Source: a bacterium
Lineage (GTDB): Bacteria; Patescibacteriota; Microgenomatia; Curtissbacterales; GWA2-41-24
Direction: 5' to 3'
Length of the DNA stretch: 64,000 bases
NCBI GenBank assembly: GCA_021813945.1
Contig: JAKAJD010000002.1
Location: 173,936-237,935, forward strand
Under the pieces are notes generated by a model that was not told where the DNA came from, did not search any database, and saw only the letters and a program-made list of their open reading frames with translations. This document shows positions 29,134-39,474 of this stretch, piece after piece. The first letter of the stretch is position 1; each line of letters starts with the position of its first letter. The translations under genes and the position numbers were made by a program.

Positions 29134-30393
29134 ATGGATTTGTTCGACGAAAACCAAAAAGAATTTGCGCCGCTTGCGGACCGTATGCGTCCTAAAAACC
29201 TTGAACAATTCGCAGGGCAAAAACATTTGGTATCACAAGGAAAAATTTTAGAAAAAGCAATCAAAGAAGACAAATTGTTTTCCATGATATTTTGGGGACC
29301 ACCCGGATCTGGAAAAACTACCCTTGCAAGAATCATCGCCTCCGAAACTAAATCCAATTTTGTTCCAATTTCTGCAGTTACATCCAATGTGGCGGAAATT
29401 AAAAAAATTATTCAAAGCGCTCAAGACACTCAAAAGCTACAAAAGCAAAGGACCATTCTCTTTATCGACGAAATCCACCGCTTCAATAAAGCGCAACAGG
29501 ATGTTTTACTTCCTCACGTCGAACGAGGAACAATCACCTTAATCGGCGCGACAACCGAAAATCCCTCATTTGAAGTGATTGGTGCTTTACTTTCAAGGTC
29601 CCGCGTTTTAAAACTAGAATCACTCTCCGAAGAAGATCTCGAAAAAATAATCAAAAGCTCTCTAAAGAATAAAACCGAGGGACTCGGCAAACAAAAAATC
29701 AAAATAGATAAAAAAGCGCTTGATTTTTTAATTTCTCAATCAAACGGAGATGCAAGGTTTGCCCTTAACACTCTCGAAATTGCATCTTCGCAGATTAAGA
29801 GTCAGTCCACTCTAAAAATGGAAAACTTCACAAGCGCTCTCCAAAGGCACACAACTTTTTACGACAAAAAAGGGGATTACCATTACGATACAATTTCTGC
29901 CTACATCAAAAGCATGCGGGCAGGAAAAACTGATGCAGCACTTCATTATTTGGCGCGAATGATTGAAGCAGGAGAGGATCCGGTTTTTATCGCCCGCCGC
30001 ATGGTGATTTTTGCCTCAGAAGACATCGGCAACGCAATGCCCACTGCTTTGGTTATTGCAACTTCTGCAATGCAGGCAGTCCATATGGTTGGCATGCCTG
30101 AATCAACTTTAATTCTTTCACACGTCACGTCATATTTATCGGAAGCCCCAAAAAGTATTGCTTCAACGACCGCAATTTCAAAGGCTCTTTCTGATATCAA
30201 AAATATTCCCCTCGATCCAATCCCTCTGCACTTAAGAAATGCACCGACAAAAATGATGAAAGAAATGGGGTACGGAAAAGGTCATATTCGCTATCCATGG
30301 ATGGACGAAAACAGCGACAAAAAAATTCTGGAATATATGCCAAAAAATCTCATCGGTAAAAAATATTATCAGGATCCAAGAAAGAAAAAATAA
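29134..30393 (+). CDS. rarA: Replication-associated recombination protein A (AAA+ ATPase RarA/MgsA)
   Basis: Walker A FWGPPGSGKTTLARI, Walker B ILFIDEIHRFNK, and the MgsA C-terminal helical domain. Confidence 0.9.
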   Translation: MDLFDENQKEFAPLADRMRPKNLEQFAGQKHLVSQGKILEKAIKEDKLFSMIFWGPPGSGKTTLARIIASETKSNFVPISAVTSNVAEIKKIIQSAQDTQKLQKQRTILFIDEIHRFNKAQQDVLLPHVERGTITLIGATTENPSFEVIGALLSRSRVLKLESLSEEDLEKIIKSSLKNKTEGLGKQKIKIDKKALDFLISQSNGDARFALNTLEIASSQIKSQSTLKMENFTSALQRHTTFYDKKGDYHYDTISAYIKSMRAGKTDAALHYLARMIEAGEDPVFIARRMVIFASEDIGNAMPTALVIATSAMQAVHMVGMPESTLILSHVTSYLSEAPKSIASTTAISKALSDIKNIPLDPIPLHLRNAPTKMMKEMGYGKGHIRYPWMDENSDKKILEYMPKNLIGKKYYQDPRKKK

Positions 30394-30433
30394 TTTTTTT
30401 GCATTTTCTTAAAGTATCCTATATAATTCCACA

Positions 30434-31447
30434 ATGGAGGCCCGAAAAGTCTACAAAATTGCAACACTGGGTTCTCACTCCGCGCTACAAATCTTAAAAG
30501 GCGCAAAAGACGAAGGCTTCAAAACAATTTGCATCGCAATCCCTGATCGAGTTTCTCTTTATTCACGCTTCTCTTTTATTGACAAAATAATAGAAATTAA
30601 AAAATATACCGATTTTCCAAAGATAGAAAATCAACTAATTTCAGAAAATACAATAATTATTCCGCACGGTTCTTTCGTCGCATATTTAGGAGTTGAAAAT
30701 AACAAAAAAATGAAAGTCCCCTATTACGGAAATAAAAAAGTTCTGGATTGGGAGTCCGACAGAAAAATGCAAAGGGAATGGCTTGTAAAAGCTCAAATTC
30801 CTGTTCCAAAAAGGTTTAAAAAAGGTGAAAAAATAGATAGACCGGTTATCGTCAAATCATACGGTGCCGCCGGTGGTAATGGATACTTTTTCGCCAAAAA
30901 TCAAAAAGATTTTGATAAAAGGATAAAGGTCTTCAAACCAAAAGATTTTATAGTTCAGGAATACGTTATTGGAGTTCCACTTTATATACATTATTTTTAC
31001 TCACCAATTTCAAAAAAATTAGAAATTTTATCAATAGATAAACGTTACGAGTCGAACGTCGATTCTTTAGGCAGAATTCCATCACAAAATCAGCAAGGCT
31101 TAGGCATCGAACCGTCATTTGTCGTTGTCGGAAATTCCCCGCTGACTCTCAGGGAATCACTCTTAGCCGAGGCGTTTGAAATGGGAGAAAGAGCAGTCGC
31201 TAAATCACAAGAATTAATTCCCGGCGGACTCTGGGGCCCGTTTTGTCTAGAGACAATAATAACTCCGGAGCAAAAATTTTCAATAATTGAGATTTCCTGT
31301 CGAATTGTAGCCGGAACAAATTTATTTATTAATGGATCACCATATGCTGCCTTATATTGGGATAAAGAAGTGTCAACAGGCCGAAGAATCGCGATGGAAA
31401 TTAAAGAGGCAATTAAAAAAGATCAATTAAGAAAAATCTTAAATTAA
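30434..31447 (+). CDS. purP: 5-formaminoimidazole-4-carboxamide ribonucleotide (FAICAR) synthetase PurP-like, ATP-grasp (archaeal-type)
   Basis: N-terminal IATLGSHSALQIL is the PurP hallmark, with a DUF1246/DUF1297-like organisation. Confidence 0.7.
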   Translation: MEARKVYKIATLGSHSALQILKGAKDEGFKTICIAIPDRVSLYSRFSFIDKIIEIKKYTDFPKIENQLISENTIIIPHGSFVAYLGVENNKKMKVPYYGNKKVLDWESDRKMQREWLVKAQIPVPKRFKKGEKIDRPVIVKSYGAAGGNGYFFAKNQKDFDKRIKVFKPKDFIVQEYVIGVPLYIHYFYSPISKKLEILSIDKRYESNVDSLGRIPSQNQQGLGIEPSFVVVGNSPLTLRESLLAEAFEMGERAVAKSQELIPGGLWGPFCLETIITPEQKFSIIEISCRIVAGTNLFINGSPYAALYWDKEVSTGRRIAMEIKEAIKKDQLRKILN

Positions 31448-31448
31448 C

Positions 31449-32720
31449 ATGGCAAAGTTAAACAAATGGCATGGAACAGCGGCAGTAATAGGGATCGATT
31501 GGGGTGATTCCGGAAAAGGCCGGTTAATTGATGATCTGTCCCAAAATGCGAATGTAATTGCCCGCTTCAACGGTGGTTCAAACACTGGCCACACTGTTTC
31601 AAATAAATTCGGAAAATTTGCGATGCATATAACACCTTCCGGAATTTTTAATCAAAAAGCAACGTGCCTTGTCGGTCGCAACGTTGCGGTCAACCTGGAA
31701 GTGCTAATTCAAGAGCTGGACTCATTCAAAAAAGCCGGTGTTGCTTTTAAAAATTTGGTTATAGATGAGCAAGCGCCTTTGACGATGCCTTGGCATATTT
31801 TACGGGATGGCATCAGGGAAAAAGTCCGTAAATCAAAAATCGGCACAACCGGAAATGGGGTGGGACCTACGTATGCAGACTACACGGAAAGAGTTGGGTT
31901 AAAAGTTATCGATTTATTATCAAGCGATCTAAAAGAAAAAATTTACAATGAAGCCGAAATTCAAAATAAATTTTTTAATCTTAAGATTTCACCAAATGAT
32001 GTATATTCGAAGTTTTCAAAATACTCAAAAGTTATAAAACCTTATGTTGGAAATACAATACAAATCATAAAACAAAATTTACAAAAAAATAAAAACATCC
32101 TTTTTGAAGGTGCCCAAGGCTACTTTTTAGATATCGATGCGGGAACTTACCCATTTGTAACATCGTCAAATCCCGGAGTTGTCGGAATTTGGAGATCTTA
32201 CGATTTACACCCGCAAAATTTAGACCATGTAATAGGAATCACCAAAGCTTACACAACTCGGGTCGGATCTGGTCCAATGCCAACCAAAATGGATGAGAAA
32301 ACTTCCAAACAAATTATCGAAAAAGGTCATGAAGTTGGAACTACAACCGGAAGGATCCGATCTCCCGGTTGGCAAGATTTAGTTCTTTTAAAATACGCGC
32401 ATGAAGCAAACCACCTTACAGCTCTTGCTATAACAAAATTGGATATCCTAAGCGGTCAAAAAAAGATCAAATTAGGCGTCGGGTATAAATTAAACGGCAA
32501 AGAAACAACATACTTGTCTCACAGTTCTGAATTTTTAGAAAACGTTCGGCCAGTTTATGAAGAATTTGAAGGGTGGCAGGAAGATATATCTAACGTTAGA
32601 GAATTTGAAAGGCTTCCTAAGAATGCTAAAAAATATATAGAGGCGATTGAGAAATTCACCAAAATTCCGGTTAAATTCATTTCAGTTGGCCCTAAAAGAG
32701 GTGAAGTAATTTATGTCTAA
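31449..32720 (+). CDS. purA: Adenylosuccinate synthetase
   Basis: GIDWGDSGKGRLID…FNGGSNTGHTV is the canonical PurA N-terminus. Confidence 0.9.
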   Translation: MAKLNKWHGTAAVIGIDWGDSGKGRLIDDLSQNANVIARFNGGSNTGHTVSNKFGKFAMHITPSGIFNQKATCLVGRNVAVNLEVLIQELDSFKKAGVAFKNLVIDEQAPLTMPWHILRDGIREKVRKSKIGTTGNGVGPTYADYTERVGLKVIDLLSSDLKEKIYNEAEIQNKFFNLKISPNDVYSKFSKYSKVIKPYVGNTIQIIKQNLQKNKNILFEGAQGYFLDIDAGTYPFVTSSNPGVVGIWRSYDLHPQNLDHVIGITKAYTTRVGSGPMPTKMDEKTSKQIIEKGHEVGTTTGRIRSPGWQDLVLLKYAHEANHLTALAITKLDILSGQKKIKLGVGYKLNGKETTYLSHSSEFLENVRPVYEEFEGWQEDISNVREFERLPKNAKKYIEAIEKFTKIPVKFISVGPKRGEVIYV

Positions 32721-33807
32721 GCCTAAAGATTACACAATTGCAGTAGTTGGTTCACACAGCGCCCTAGACATCTGTCGAGGAGCAAAGGATTTAGGTTTTA
32801 AAACTTTAGTCGTTGTTGAAAAAGGAAGAGACAAGACTTATGCCCAATATTTTAAAACAGATGGGGAATTGGGATGTGTCGATGAAGTTTTGGAGGTCGA
32901 AAAATTTAAAGATATTTTGGAACCTAAAAATCAGAAAACCTTAAAAGATAAAAATTCAATATTTATTCCTCACCGCTCATTCGAAGTTTATCTTAACGAT
33001 TACGACGCAATAGAAAAAGATTTTAAAGTACCTATGTTTGGCAATAAATATTTGCTCAGAATCGAGGAAAGGTATGTCAAACCAAACCAATATGATTTGT
33101 TAACTGAAGCTAAAATAAAATTCCCGAAGACATTTGATAATCCAAAGGAAATAGATCGTTTGGTTTTGGTAAAAGTCGCAGAACGTGAAAGGAAATTCGA
33201 AAGAGCATTTTTTCTAGCAAGCTCTCCAAAAGATTTTCAGATCGCTTCCGAAATATTAATTTTGGAAGGAAAAATTACAAAGGATGCCCTCGATGTTGCA
33301 GTAATTGAAGAATTTATTTTAGGGGTCCAAATTAATTTTAATTTCTTCTATTCACCTTTTACAAAAAGGGTAGAACTTGCCGGAACGGACACAAGAAGAC
33401 AGACCAACATAGACGGTCTCCTAAGACTTCCCGCTTTTTATCAAACTCAGCTGCAGGAATCAATACAAATCAAATATGAAGAGGCTGGTCACATCGCTGT
33501 AACTACCCTTGAATCAACGCTGGAACCAGCTTTTGAGATGGCAAACCGTTTTGTAGATGCCGCACGAAAATTATATCCTCCCGGAATAATCGGGCCGTTC
33601 GGGCTTCAATCGGTAATTACTGCGGGTCCACCCAAAAAAGAGATTGTGGTTTTCGATGTTTCACCCAGAATGCCTGGATCGCCGGGAATTTTTGCAACAC
33701 CTTATAGCGGTTATTTATATGGGGAGCCGATGAGTATGGGAAAAAGAGTGGCAATGGAAATAAAAAAAGCTATTGACCAAAATTCAATCGATAAAATTAC
33801 GACATGA
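32713..33807 (+). CDS. Second PurP-family ATP-grasp protein (paralog)
   Basis: IAVVGSHSALDICRGAKDLGFKT parallels the first PurP. 364 aa. Confidence 0.65.
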   Translation: MSKPKDYTIAVVGSHSALDICRGAKDLGFKTLVVVEKGRDKTYAQYFKTDGELGCVDEVLEVEKFKDILEPKNQKTLKDKNSIFIPHRSFEVYLNDYDAIEKDFKVPMFGNKYLLRIEERYVKPNQYDLLTEAKIKFPKTFDNPKEIDRLVLVKVAERERKFERAFFLASSPKDFQIASEILILEGKITKDALDVAVIEEFILGVQINFNFFYSPFTKRVELAGTDTRRQTNIDGLLRLPAFYQTQLQESIQIKYEEAGHIAVTTLESTLEPAFEMANRFVDAARKLYPPGIIGPFGLQSVITAGPPKKEIVVFDVSPRMPGSPGIFATPYSGYLYGEPMSMGKRVAMEIKKAIDQNSIDKITT

Positions 33808-35186
33808 AGACAAATTTTGATAATTACCAATCACCTTTTTCCTGGCGTTACGGATCGGACGAAATGCGCCAGCTTTTTTCTGAAGTCAATCGCCGAAAAA
33901 CATGGCGGCAAGTTTGGGTATCGTTAGCAAAGGCTCAAAATAAATTCGGTCTGATTTCTAAAAAAGAATTAAATGACATAATCAAACATCAAAATGTAAT
34001 AGATATCGAAAAAGCGCATCAAATCGAAAGCGAAATAAAACACGATTTAATGGCAGAGGTAAAAACGTATGCTTCACAAGCCAAAATCGGCGGAGGTAAG
34101 ATTCACCTCGGCGCAACTTCCCAAGATATAGAAGACAACGCGGATGCAATTATCTTTAAAGATGCACTCGCGATAATAGAAAAAAACTTAAACAAGCTTC
34201 TTAAAGTTTGGTTACTAAAAATCGACGAAAATAAAGATTTAGTTTGCATGGCCTACACACACCTGCAACCGGCTGAACCGACAACCTTAGGTTATCGGTT
34301 TTCACTATATGCGCAAGATTTACTCATTGATCTGGAATTATTAAATTACATAAAAACTCAAATAAAAGGAAAAGGAACAAAAGGAGCAGTAGGAAATTAC
34401 GCCAGCTATATGTCCCTGTTGGGATCTAAAACCGAAAACATGGAAGAAGCCGTTTTGAAAGATCTCGGCATCGAAGCTTTCGACATTACAGGACAAGTCT
34501 ACCCAAGAAAATTAGATTATTTAGTCTTATGTTTGCTGTCTTCTATCGCACAAAGCCTTTATAAATTCGCTTTCGATTTAAGAATTCTTCAGTCGGCACA
34601 GTTTGGAGAACTGGCGGAACCATTTGCCAAAAAACAAGTCGGTTCATCTGCGATGCCTTTTAAAAGAAATCCTCAGAACTCGGAAAGAATTTGTTCGCTC
34701 GCTCGTTACATTGTCGGTCTATCAAGAACTGCCTGGGACAACGCAGCAAATTCGCTTCTCGAGCGAACGCTCGACGATTCCGCAGCCAAAAGAATAATAA
34801 TTCCAGACAGCTTCTTGGCAACAGACGAAATATTAAAACTTACCTTATATATAGTTTCAGACATGGTAATAAACAAAAAGAACATTGAAAAAAACCTTAA
34901 ATCTTATGGACCATTTTCTGCACTCGAATCAATTCTTTTAAAAAGTGTTAAAAACGGTGCAAACCGACAGGAAATGCATGAAGTCCTCAGGGAGCATTCA
35001 ATGCGTGTCTACGATGAAATGGCTAAAACCGGCGAAAACAAATTGTTCCAGAATTTAAGCTACGATAAGACCATTTTAAAATATTTATCTAAATCTGAAA
35101 TTGATAGTCTCTCAAATTATAAAAAACATATAGGTCTTTCGGAAAAGAAATCAAGATCGATGATTTCAAAAATTAAAAATATTTAA
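33804..35186 (+). CDS. purB: Adenylosuccinate lyase
   Basis: Fumarate-lyase signature GSSAMPFKRNP and …GATSQDIEDNA…. Confidence 0.9.
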   Translation: MKTNFDNYQSPFSWRYGSDEMRQLFSEVNRRKTWRQVWVSLAKAQNKFGLISKKELNDIIKHQNVIDIEKAHQIESEIKHDLMAEVKTYASQAKIGGGKIHLGATSQDIEDNADAIIFKDALAIIEKNLNKLLKVWLLKIDENKDLVCMAYTHLQPAEPTTLGYRFSLYAQDLLIDLELLNYIKTQIKGKGTKGAVGNYASYMSLLGSKTENMEEAVLKDLGIEAFDITGQVYPRKLDYLVLCLLSSIAQSLYKFAFDLRILQSAQFGELAEPFAKKQVGSSAMPFKRNPQNSERICSLARYIVGLSRTAWDNAANSLLERTLDDSAAKRIIIPDSFLATDEILKLTLYIVSDMVINKKNIEKNLKSYGPFSALESILLKSVKNGANRQEMHEVLREHSMRVYDEMAKTGENKLFQNLSYDKTILKYLSKSEIDSLSNYKKHIGLSEKKSRSMISKIKNI

Positions 35187-35291
35187 AATGAAGAAAATAA
35201 TTTTGCCACTTCATAAATATGTAAAAACAATATACAATAGCAAAAATAATCCTGAACGACTTGCCCAAGATAACTGCCCTGTAAACTAAAT

Positions 35292-35834
35292 ATGGCAAAT
35301 CAAAAGAAAGTACGTCCGCAAGTAGGAATAATAATGGGCTCCGATTCGGATCTAGGGGTTATGTCTGATGCGGCAAAAATTTTAGACGAACTTAAGGTTC
35401 CGTATGAAGTATCTGTACTTTCTGCGCACAGAGCACCTTCGGAAACTAATGCTTATTCCGCCTCAGCACAAAAACGGGGTTTAAAGGTGATCATCGCCGG
35501 TGCGGGTGGTGCAGCAGCTTTGCCGGGTGTTGTGGCTTCGCAAACATTGTTACCAGTTGTAGGTGTTCCCATTAAGTCCAAAGCAGTAGAAGGATTAGAC
35601 GCTCTCCTTTCTATAAGTCAAATGCCTCCCGGAATTCCAGTTGCCACAGTTGGTATAGATTCGGCAAAAAATGCCGGAATTTTAGCAGCCGCAATTGTTG
35701 CCTTATCAAACAAAGAAGCAGCTAAAAAATTAGCAAATTACAAAAGCAGTTTAAAAAAACAAGTTCTTGTCAAAAATTCAGCTCTTAAAAAGCTTGGATG
35801 GTCCAAATATTTAAAAGGAAAAAATGCTAGATAA
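35292..35834 (+). CDS. purE: N5-carboxyaminoimidazole ribonucleotide mutase
   Basis: VGIIMGSDSDLGVM…VIIAGAGGAAALPGVVAS is a PurE hallmark. Confidence 0.9.
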   Translation: MANQKKVRPQVGIIMGSDSDLGVMSDAAKILDELKVPYEVSVLSAHRAPSETNAYSASAQKRGLKVIIAGAGGAAALPGVVASQTLLPVVGVPIKSKAVEGLDALLSISQMPPGIPVATVGIDSAKNAGILAAAIVALSNKEAAKKLANYKSSLKKQVLVKNSALKKLGWSKYLKGKNAR

Positions 35835-36795
35835 AAAAATAATACAAAAAAATATTCCTAATGCTATAAAAGCGGTTCCAGTTCGAAACCTTGGTAAAAG
35901 GCAAAGCGGAAAGGTTCGCGATTGGTATAGTAAAAATAATCTTAGAATTCTTATTGCCACGGACAGAATATCGGCTTTCGATAAAGTTTTGGGATTAATC
36001 CCCTTCAGGGGCGCAGTTTTAAACAAACTTTCAGAATTTTGGTTTAACACAACTCGGGATATAGTTTCTAACCACATGATTGGTGTTGTTGATCCAAACG
36101 TTATGTTGGTTTCCGAAGTTCAAGCACTGCCAATAGAAGTTGTAGTCAGAGGTTACATTACCGGTGTTACCGACACATCTCTTTGGAAACAATATAACGA
36201 GGGCAAAAGAACAATTTATGGCATAAAATTTCCCGAGGGCCTTAAAAAAAATCAAAAACTTAAAGCTCCGGTTATTACTCCGACCACAAGAGGAACCGGT
36301 CCGGGTGGGCATGACGAACCGATTACCAAACAAGAAATCATAAAAAAGAAATTAGTACCGCCTGCAATTTACAAGCAAATTGAAAAAGTAGCGATCAAGC
36401 TTTTTGAAAGAGGAACACTAGTTGCAGCAAAAGCCGGTTTTATACTAGCTGATACTAAATATGAATTTGGGATCGACAAAAAAGGTAAATTAATTTTAAT
36501 AGACGAAATCCATACTCCAGACAGCAGCAGGTATTGGCTCAAAAAAACATATGCACCATTAGTTTCCAAAGGTCATGAACCCGAAAATTACGATAAAGAA
36601 TTTATGAGACTTTGGTTTGCAAAAAGCGGTTACACCGGCAAGGGCAAAGCTCCTACAATGCCGGATGATCTAGTTGTTAAAATTTCGCAAAGATACATGG
36701 AAGTATATGAAAGATTAACGGGAGAAAAGTTTGATGTTGATACAAAAATACCTCAGCTTGAAAGGATTATGGAAAGCCTCGAAAAATTGATATAA
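35824..36795 (+). CDS. purC: SAICAR synthetase (long form)
   Basis: …LIATDRISAFDKVLG… with PurC ATP-binding region. Confidence 0.85.
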   Translation: MLDKKIIQKNIPNAIKAVPVRNLGKRQSGKVRDWYSKNNLRILIATDRISAFDKVLGLIPFRGAVLNKLSEFWFNTTRDIVSNHMIGVVDPNVMLVSEVQALPIEVVVRGYITGVTDTSLWKQYNEGKRTIYGIKFPEGLKKNQKLKAPVITPTTRGTGPGGHDEPITKQEIIKKKLVPPAIYKQIEKVAIKLFERGTLVAAKAGFILADTKYEFGIDKKGKLILIDEIHTPDSSRYWLKKTYAPLVSKGHEPENYDKEFMRLWFAKSGYTGKGKAPTMPDDLVVKISQRYMEVYERLTGEKFDVDTKIPQLERIMESLEKLI

Positions 36796-36799
36796 GATT

Positions 36800-38320
36800 A
36801 TGGTCGCAGTTATAAACTTTGGCGGCCAATATGCACATCTTATCGCAAGGCGAATTCGAGAGCTCGGTGTAAAAAGCGAACTTTTCCCCCCAGAAATATC
36901 TATCCAAAAAATAACAGATTTATCTCCAGACGCCATTATTTTTTCTGGAAGTCCATTTTCGGTTTACGATAAAAAAGCACCGCACATCAATCCAAAAATT
37001 TACGAATTGCAAATTCCTATTTTAGGAATCTGCTACGGCCAGCAATTGATTGCCTATCAACTTAACGGCTCCGTTTCGTCACACGACTCAAAGCAGTTTG
37101 GTAAAGAAAATCTAAAAATAGGCAAATCACAATTATTTGAAGGTTTAAAAAAGACTGAAACAGTCTGGTTTTCGCATGGTGACCAAGTGGACAAAATCCC
37201 ATTGGGTTTTACTATTATCGCTTCTTCAAAAAATGCCAAAGTCGCTGGTATTCAAAACCCGACATCCAAAATCTACGGAATTCAGTTCCACCCTGAAGTA
37301 ACCCATACACCTTCCGGGCGAAAAATTCTTAGTAATTTTTTGTTTACGATTGCAAACACCAAAAAAGATTGGGATCTCAAAAAGCAAAAAGATGAAATCA
37401 TAAACAGTTTAAGTCACAAAATAAAATACCATAGAGTCATTATGGCAATTTCTGGGGGCGTCGATTCATTGGTTGCGGCAGCTTTACTCAAAGAGGCGAT
37501 TGGTAATAATCTACATTTGGTTTTTATAGATACAGGGCTTCTTAGAAAAAATGAAGTCTCAGAAGTTCAATCGATTGTAAAAAAAGTTGGTTTTGTAAAC
37601 TTTAAAATATCAAATTCCAGCGAAAGATTTCTATCCGCACTCAAGGGCGTTACAGATCCGGAAGAAAAACGCCAAATTATCGCTAAACATTATTTTGCAA
37701 TTTTTGAAGAAGAAGCTAAGAGGATTAAATCAGTAAAATACCTTGCTCAAGGGACAATTTATCCAGACCGTATCGAATCGGCACAACCAACAAAGCACGC
37801 CGATAAAATTAAAAGTCACCACAATCTAACATTACCAAAAGGTCTCGAGCTTGAAATCGTCGAACCACTTGCCGAGTTTTACAAAGACGAAGTTAGAAAA
37901 ATCGGCGCTATACTTGGTATCAATCAGCAGTTTTTACTTCGTCATCCGTTTCCTGGCCCAGGCCTTGCAATTAGAATTCTCGGAGAGGTTACAAAAGAAC
38001 GATTATCAATACTAAGGGAGGTCGATTATGTATTAATTTCGGAGCTTAGATCAGCAGGTTTATATGATAAGGTAGGGCAAGCTTTTGCAGCCTTGCTTCC
38101 TGTCAAATCAGTCGGTGTCATGGGTGATGCCCGCACCTATTCATATATCGTCAGCTTACGATCAGTCGACACTCAAGATTTTATGACCGCCGATTGGTCA
38201 AAAATCCCATTTTCGGTTTTAGAAAAAATTTCCTCTCGAATCGTCAACGAAGTCCGCGGGGTAAACCGCGTCCTTTATGACATTACTCAAAAGCCTCCAG
38301 CAACGATAGAGTATGAGTAA
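36800..38320 (+). CDS. guaA: GMP synthase (glutamine-hydrolysing)
   Basis: GATase domain (ICYGQQ), PP-loop SGGVDSLVAA, and C-terminal dimerisation domain ending …TIEYE. Confidence 0.95.
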   Translation: MVAVINFGGQYAHLIARRIRELGVKSELFPPEISIQKITDLSPDAIIFSGSPFSVYDKKAPHINPKIYELQIPILGICYGQQLIAYQLNGSVSSHDSKQFGKENLKIGKSQLFEGLKKTETVWFSHGDQVDKIPLGFTIIASSKNAKVAGIQNPTSKIYGIQFHPEVTHTPSGRKILSNFLFTIANTKKDWDLKKQKDEIINSLSHKIKYHRVIMAISGGVDSLVAAALLKEAIGNNLHLVFIDTGLLRKNEVSEVQSIVKKVGFVNFKISNSSERFLSALKGVTDPEEKRQIIAKHYFAIFEEEAKRIKSVKYLAQGTIYPDRIESAQPTKHADKIKSHHNLTLPKGLELEIVEPLAEFYKDEVRKIGAILGINQQFLLRHPFPGPGLAIRILGEVTKERLSILREVDYVLISELRSAGLYDKVGQAFAALLPVKSVGVMGDARTYSYIVSLRSVDTQDFMTADWSKIPFSVLEKISSRIVNEVRGVNRVLYDITQKPPATIEYE

Positions 38321-38876
38321 AAAGGTTAAAAAATTTGTTGTCGTTACTTCTAACAAAAATAAATTAGCCGAAATAAATCAAATTCTTGGGACAAAATACA
38401 AGCTTAGCAAAATAGAAGTTCCCGAAATCCAATCACTCGACTTGGATCAAATAATTACCGAAAAAGCAAAAGCCGCATTTGAAAAAATCAAAAAACCTGT
38501 TCTTGTTGAAGATATCAGTTTTGAAATTCAATCATTAAAGGGTCTTCCAGGCCCATTTGTTAAATTTTTTCTGCAAAGGATTGGCACTGAAGGAACTGTT
38601 AAGTTAGTCGGCAACAAATCAACTAAAACGAAAGTTACAGCAGCACTTGGACTCTACAACGGGTCAAATGTCAAAATTTTCAAAGGTATAGTTTGGGGCA
38701 AATTATCCAAAAATAATAGGGGGGAAGGCGGATTTGGTTTCGATAAAGTTTTTATCCCTAAGGGCTACAAACAAACTTATGCAGAAATGGATCCGAATTT
38801 AAAAAACCAAATTTCCCACCGCGGCAAAGCGCTCCAAAAATTGAAAGAGTTTCTAATCAAGAATGAAAAAAATTAA
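38313..38876 (+). CDS. rdgB: Non-canonical purine NTP pyrophosphatase (Ham1/RdgB/ITPase)
   Basis: …TSNKNKLAEI…FGFDKVFIP…SHRGKAL are Ham1 motifs. Confidence 0.85.
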   Translation: MSKKVKKFVVVTSNKNKLAEINQILGTKYKLSKIEVPEIQSLDLDQIITEKAKAAFEKIKKPVLVEDISFEIQSLKGLPGPFVKFFLQRIGTEGTVKLVGNKSTKTKVTAALGLYNGSNVKIFKGIVWGKLSKNNRGEGGFGFDKVFIPKGYKQTYAEMDPNLKNQISHRGKALQKLKEFLIKNEKN

Positions 38877-39474
38877 GGCCATATTTTTTGACCTAGGCGG
38901 TGTCGTGCTGACTCAATCACTGGAAGCACGATTCGAAGTCATTGCGGAAGTTTTTAAAAAAGAAAAAAAAGATATTGAAGAAATTTTCAAAAAATACAAT
39001 AAGGATTGGACAATCGGTAAGCTTTCAGTAGAAACGTTGGCAAAGCGGTTAATAAAAGAATTTGATATAAAACAATCAACGACTCAAATCTTAAAAAACT
39101 GGAAAAAAGTTTACCAAAACAAAACTCTTCCAAACAAACAACTACTCATCAAAATAGACAATCTAAGAAAAAATTATGATCTTTATCTTTTGACCAACAC
39201 GGTTGATTTGCACCATAGAGTCAATTCTAAGCGCGACATTTTCATCCATTTCAATAAGGTCTTTGCTTCACATATTATCGGCATAAAAAAACCGGAACAA
39301 GACTTTTATATACACGTTCTTAGAGAACTTAAATTAAAGCCGGAAGAATGTGTCTTTGTAGATGACATAAAAGAAAATATCGATGCCGCAAGAGATTTAG
39401 GAATAGATGGAATAATATTTCAAAACAATAATCAGCTATTTAAGGAATTTAAAAAACGGAAAATAGCAATTTAG
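38863..39474 (+). CDS. HAD-superfamily hydrolase
   Basis: Motif I FFDLGGVV (DxG) and a C-terminal VDD motif. Confidence 0.7.
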   Translation: MKKIKAIFFDLGGVVLTQSLEARFEVIAEVFKKEKKDIEEIFKKYNKDWTIGKLSVETLAKRLIKEFDIKQSTTQILKNWKKVYQNKTLPNKQLLIKIDNLRKNYDLYLLTNTVDLHHRVNSKRDIFIHFNKVFASHIIGIKKPEQDFYIHVLRELKLKPEECVFVDDIKENIDAARDLGIDGIIFQNNNQLFKEFKKRKIAI

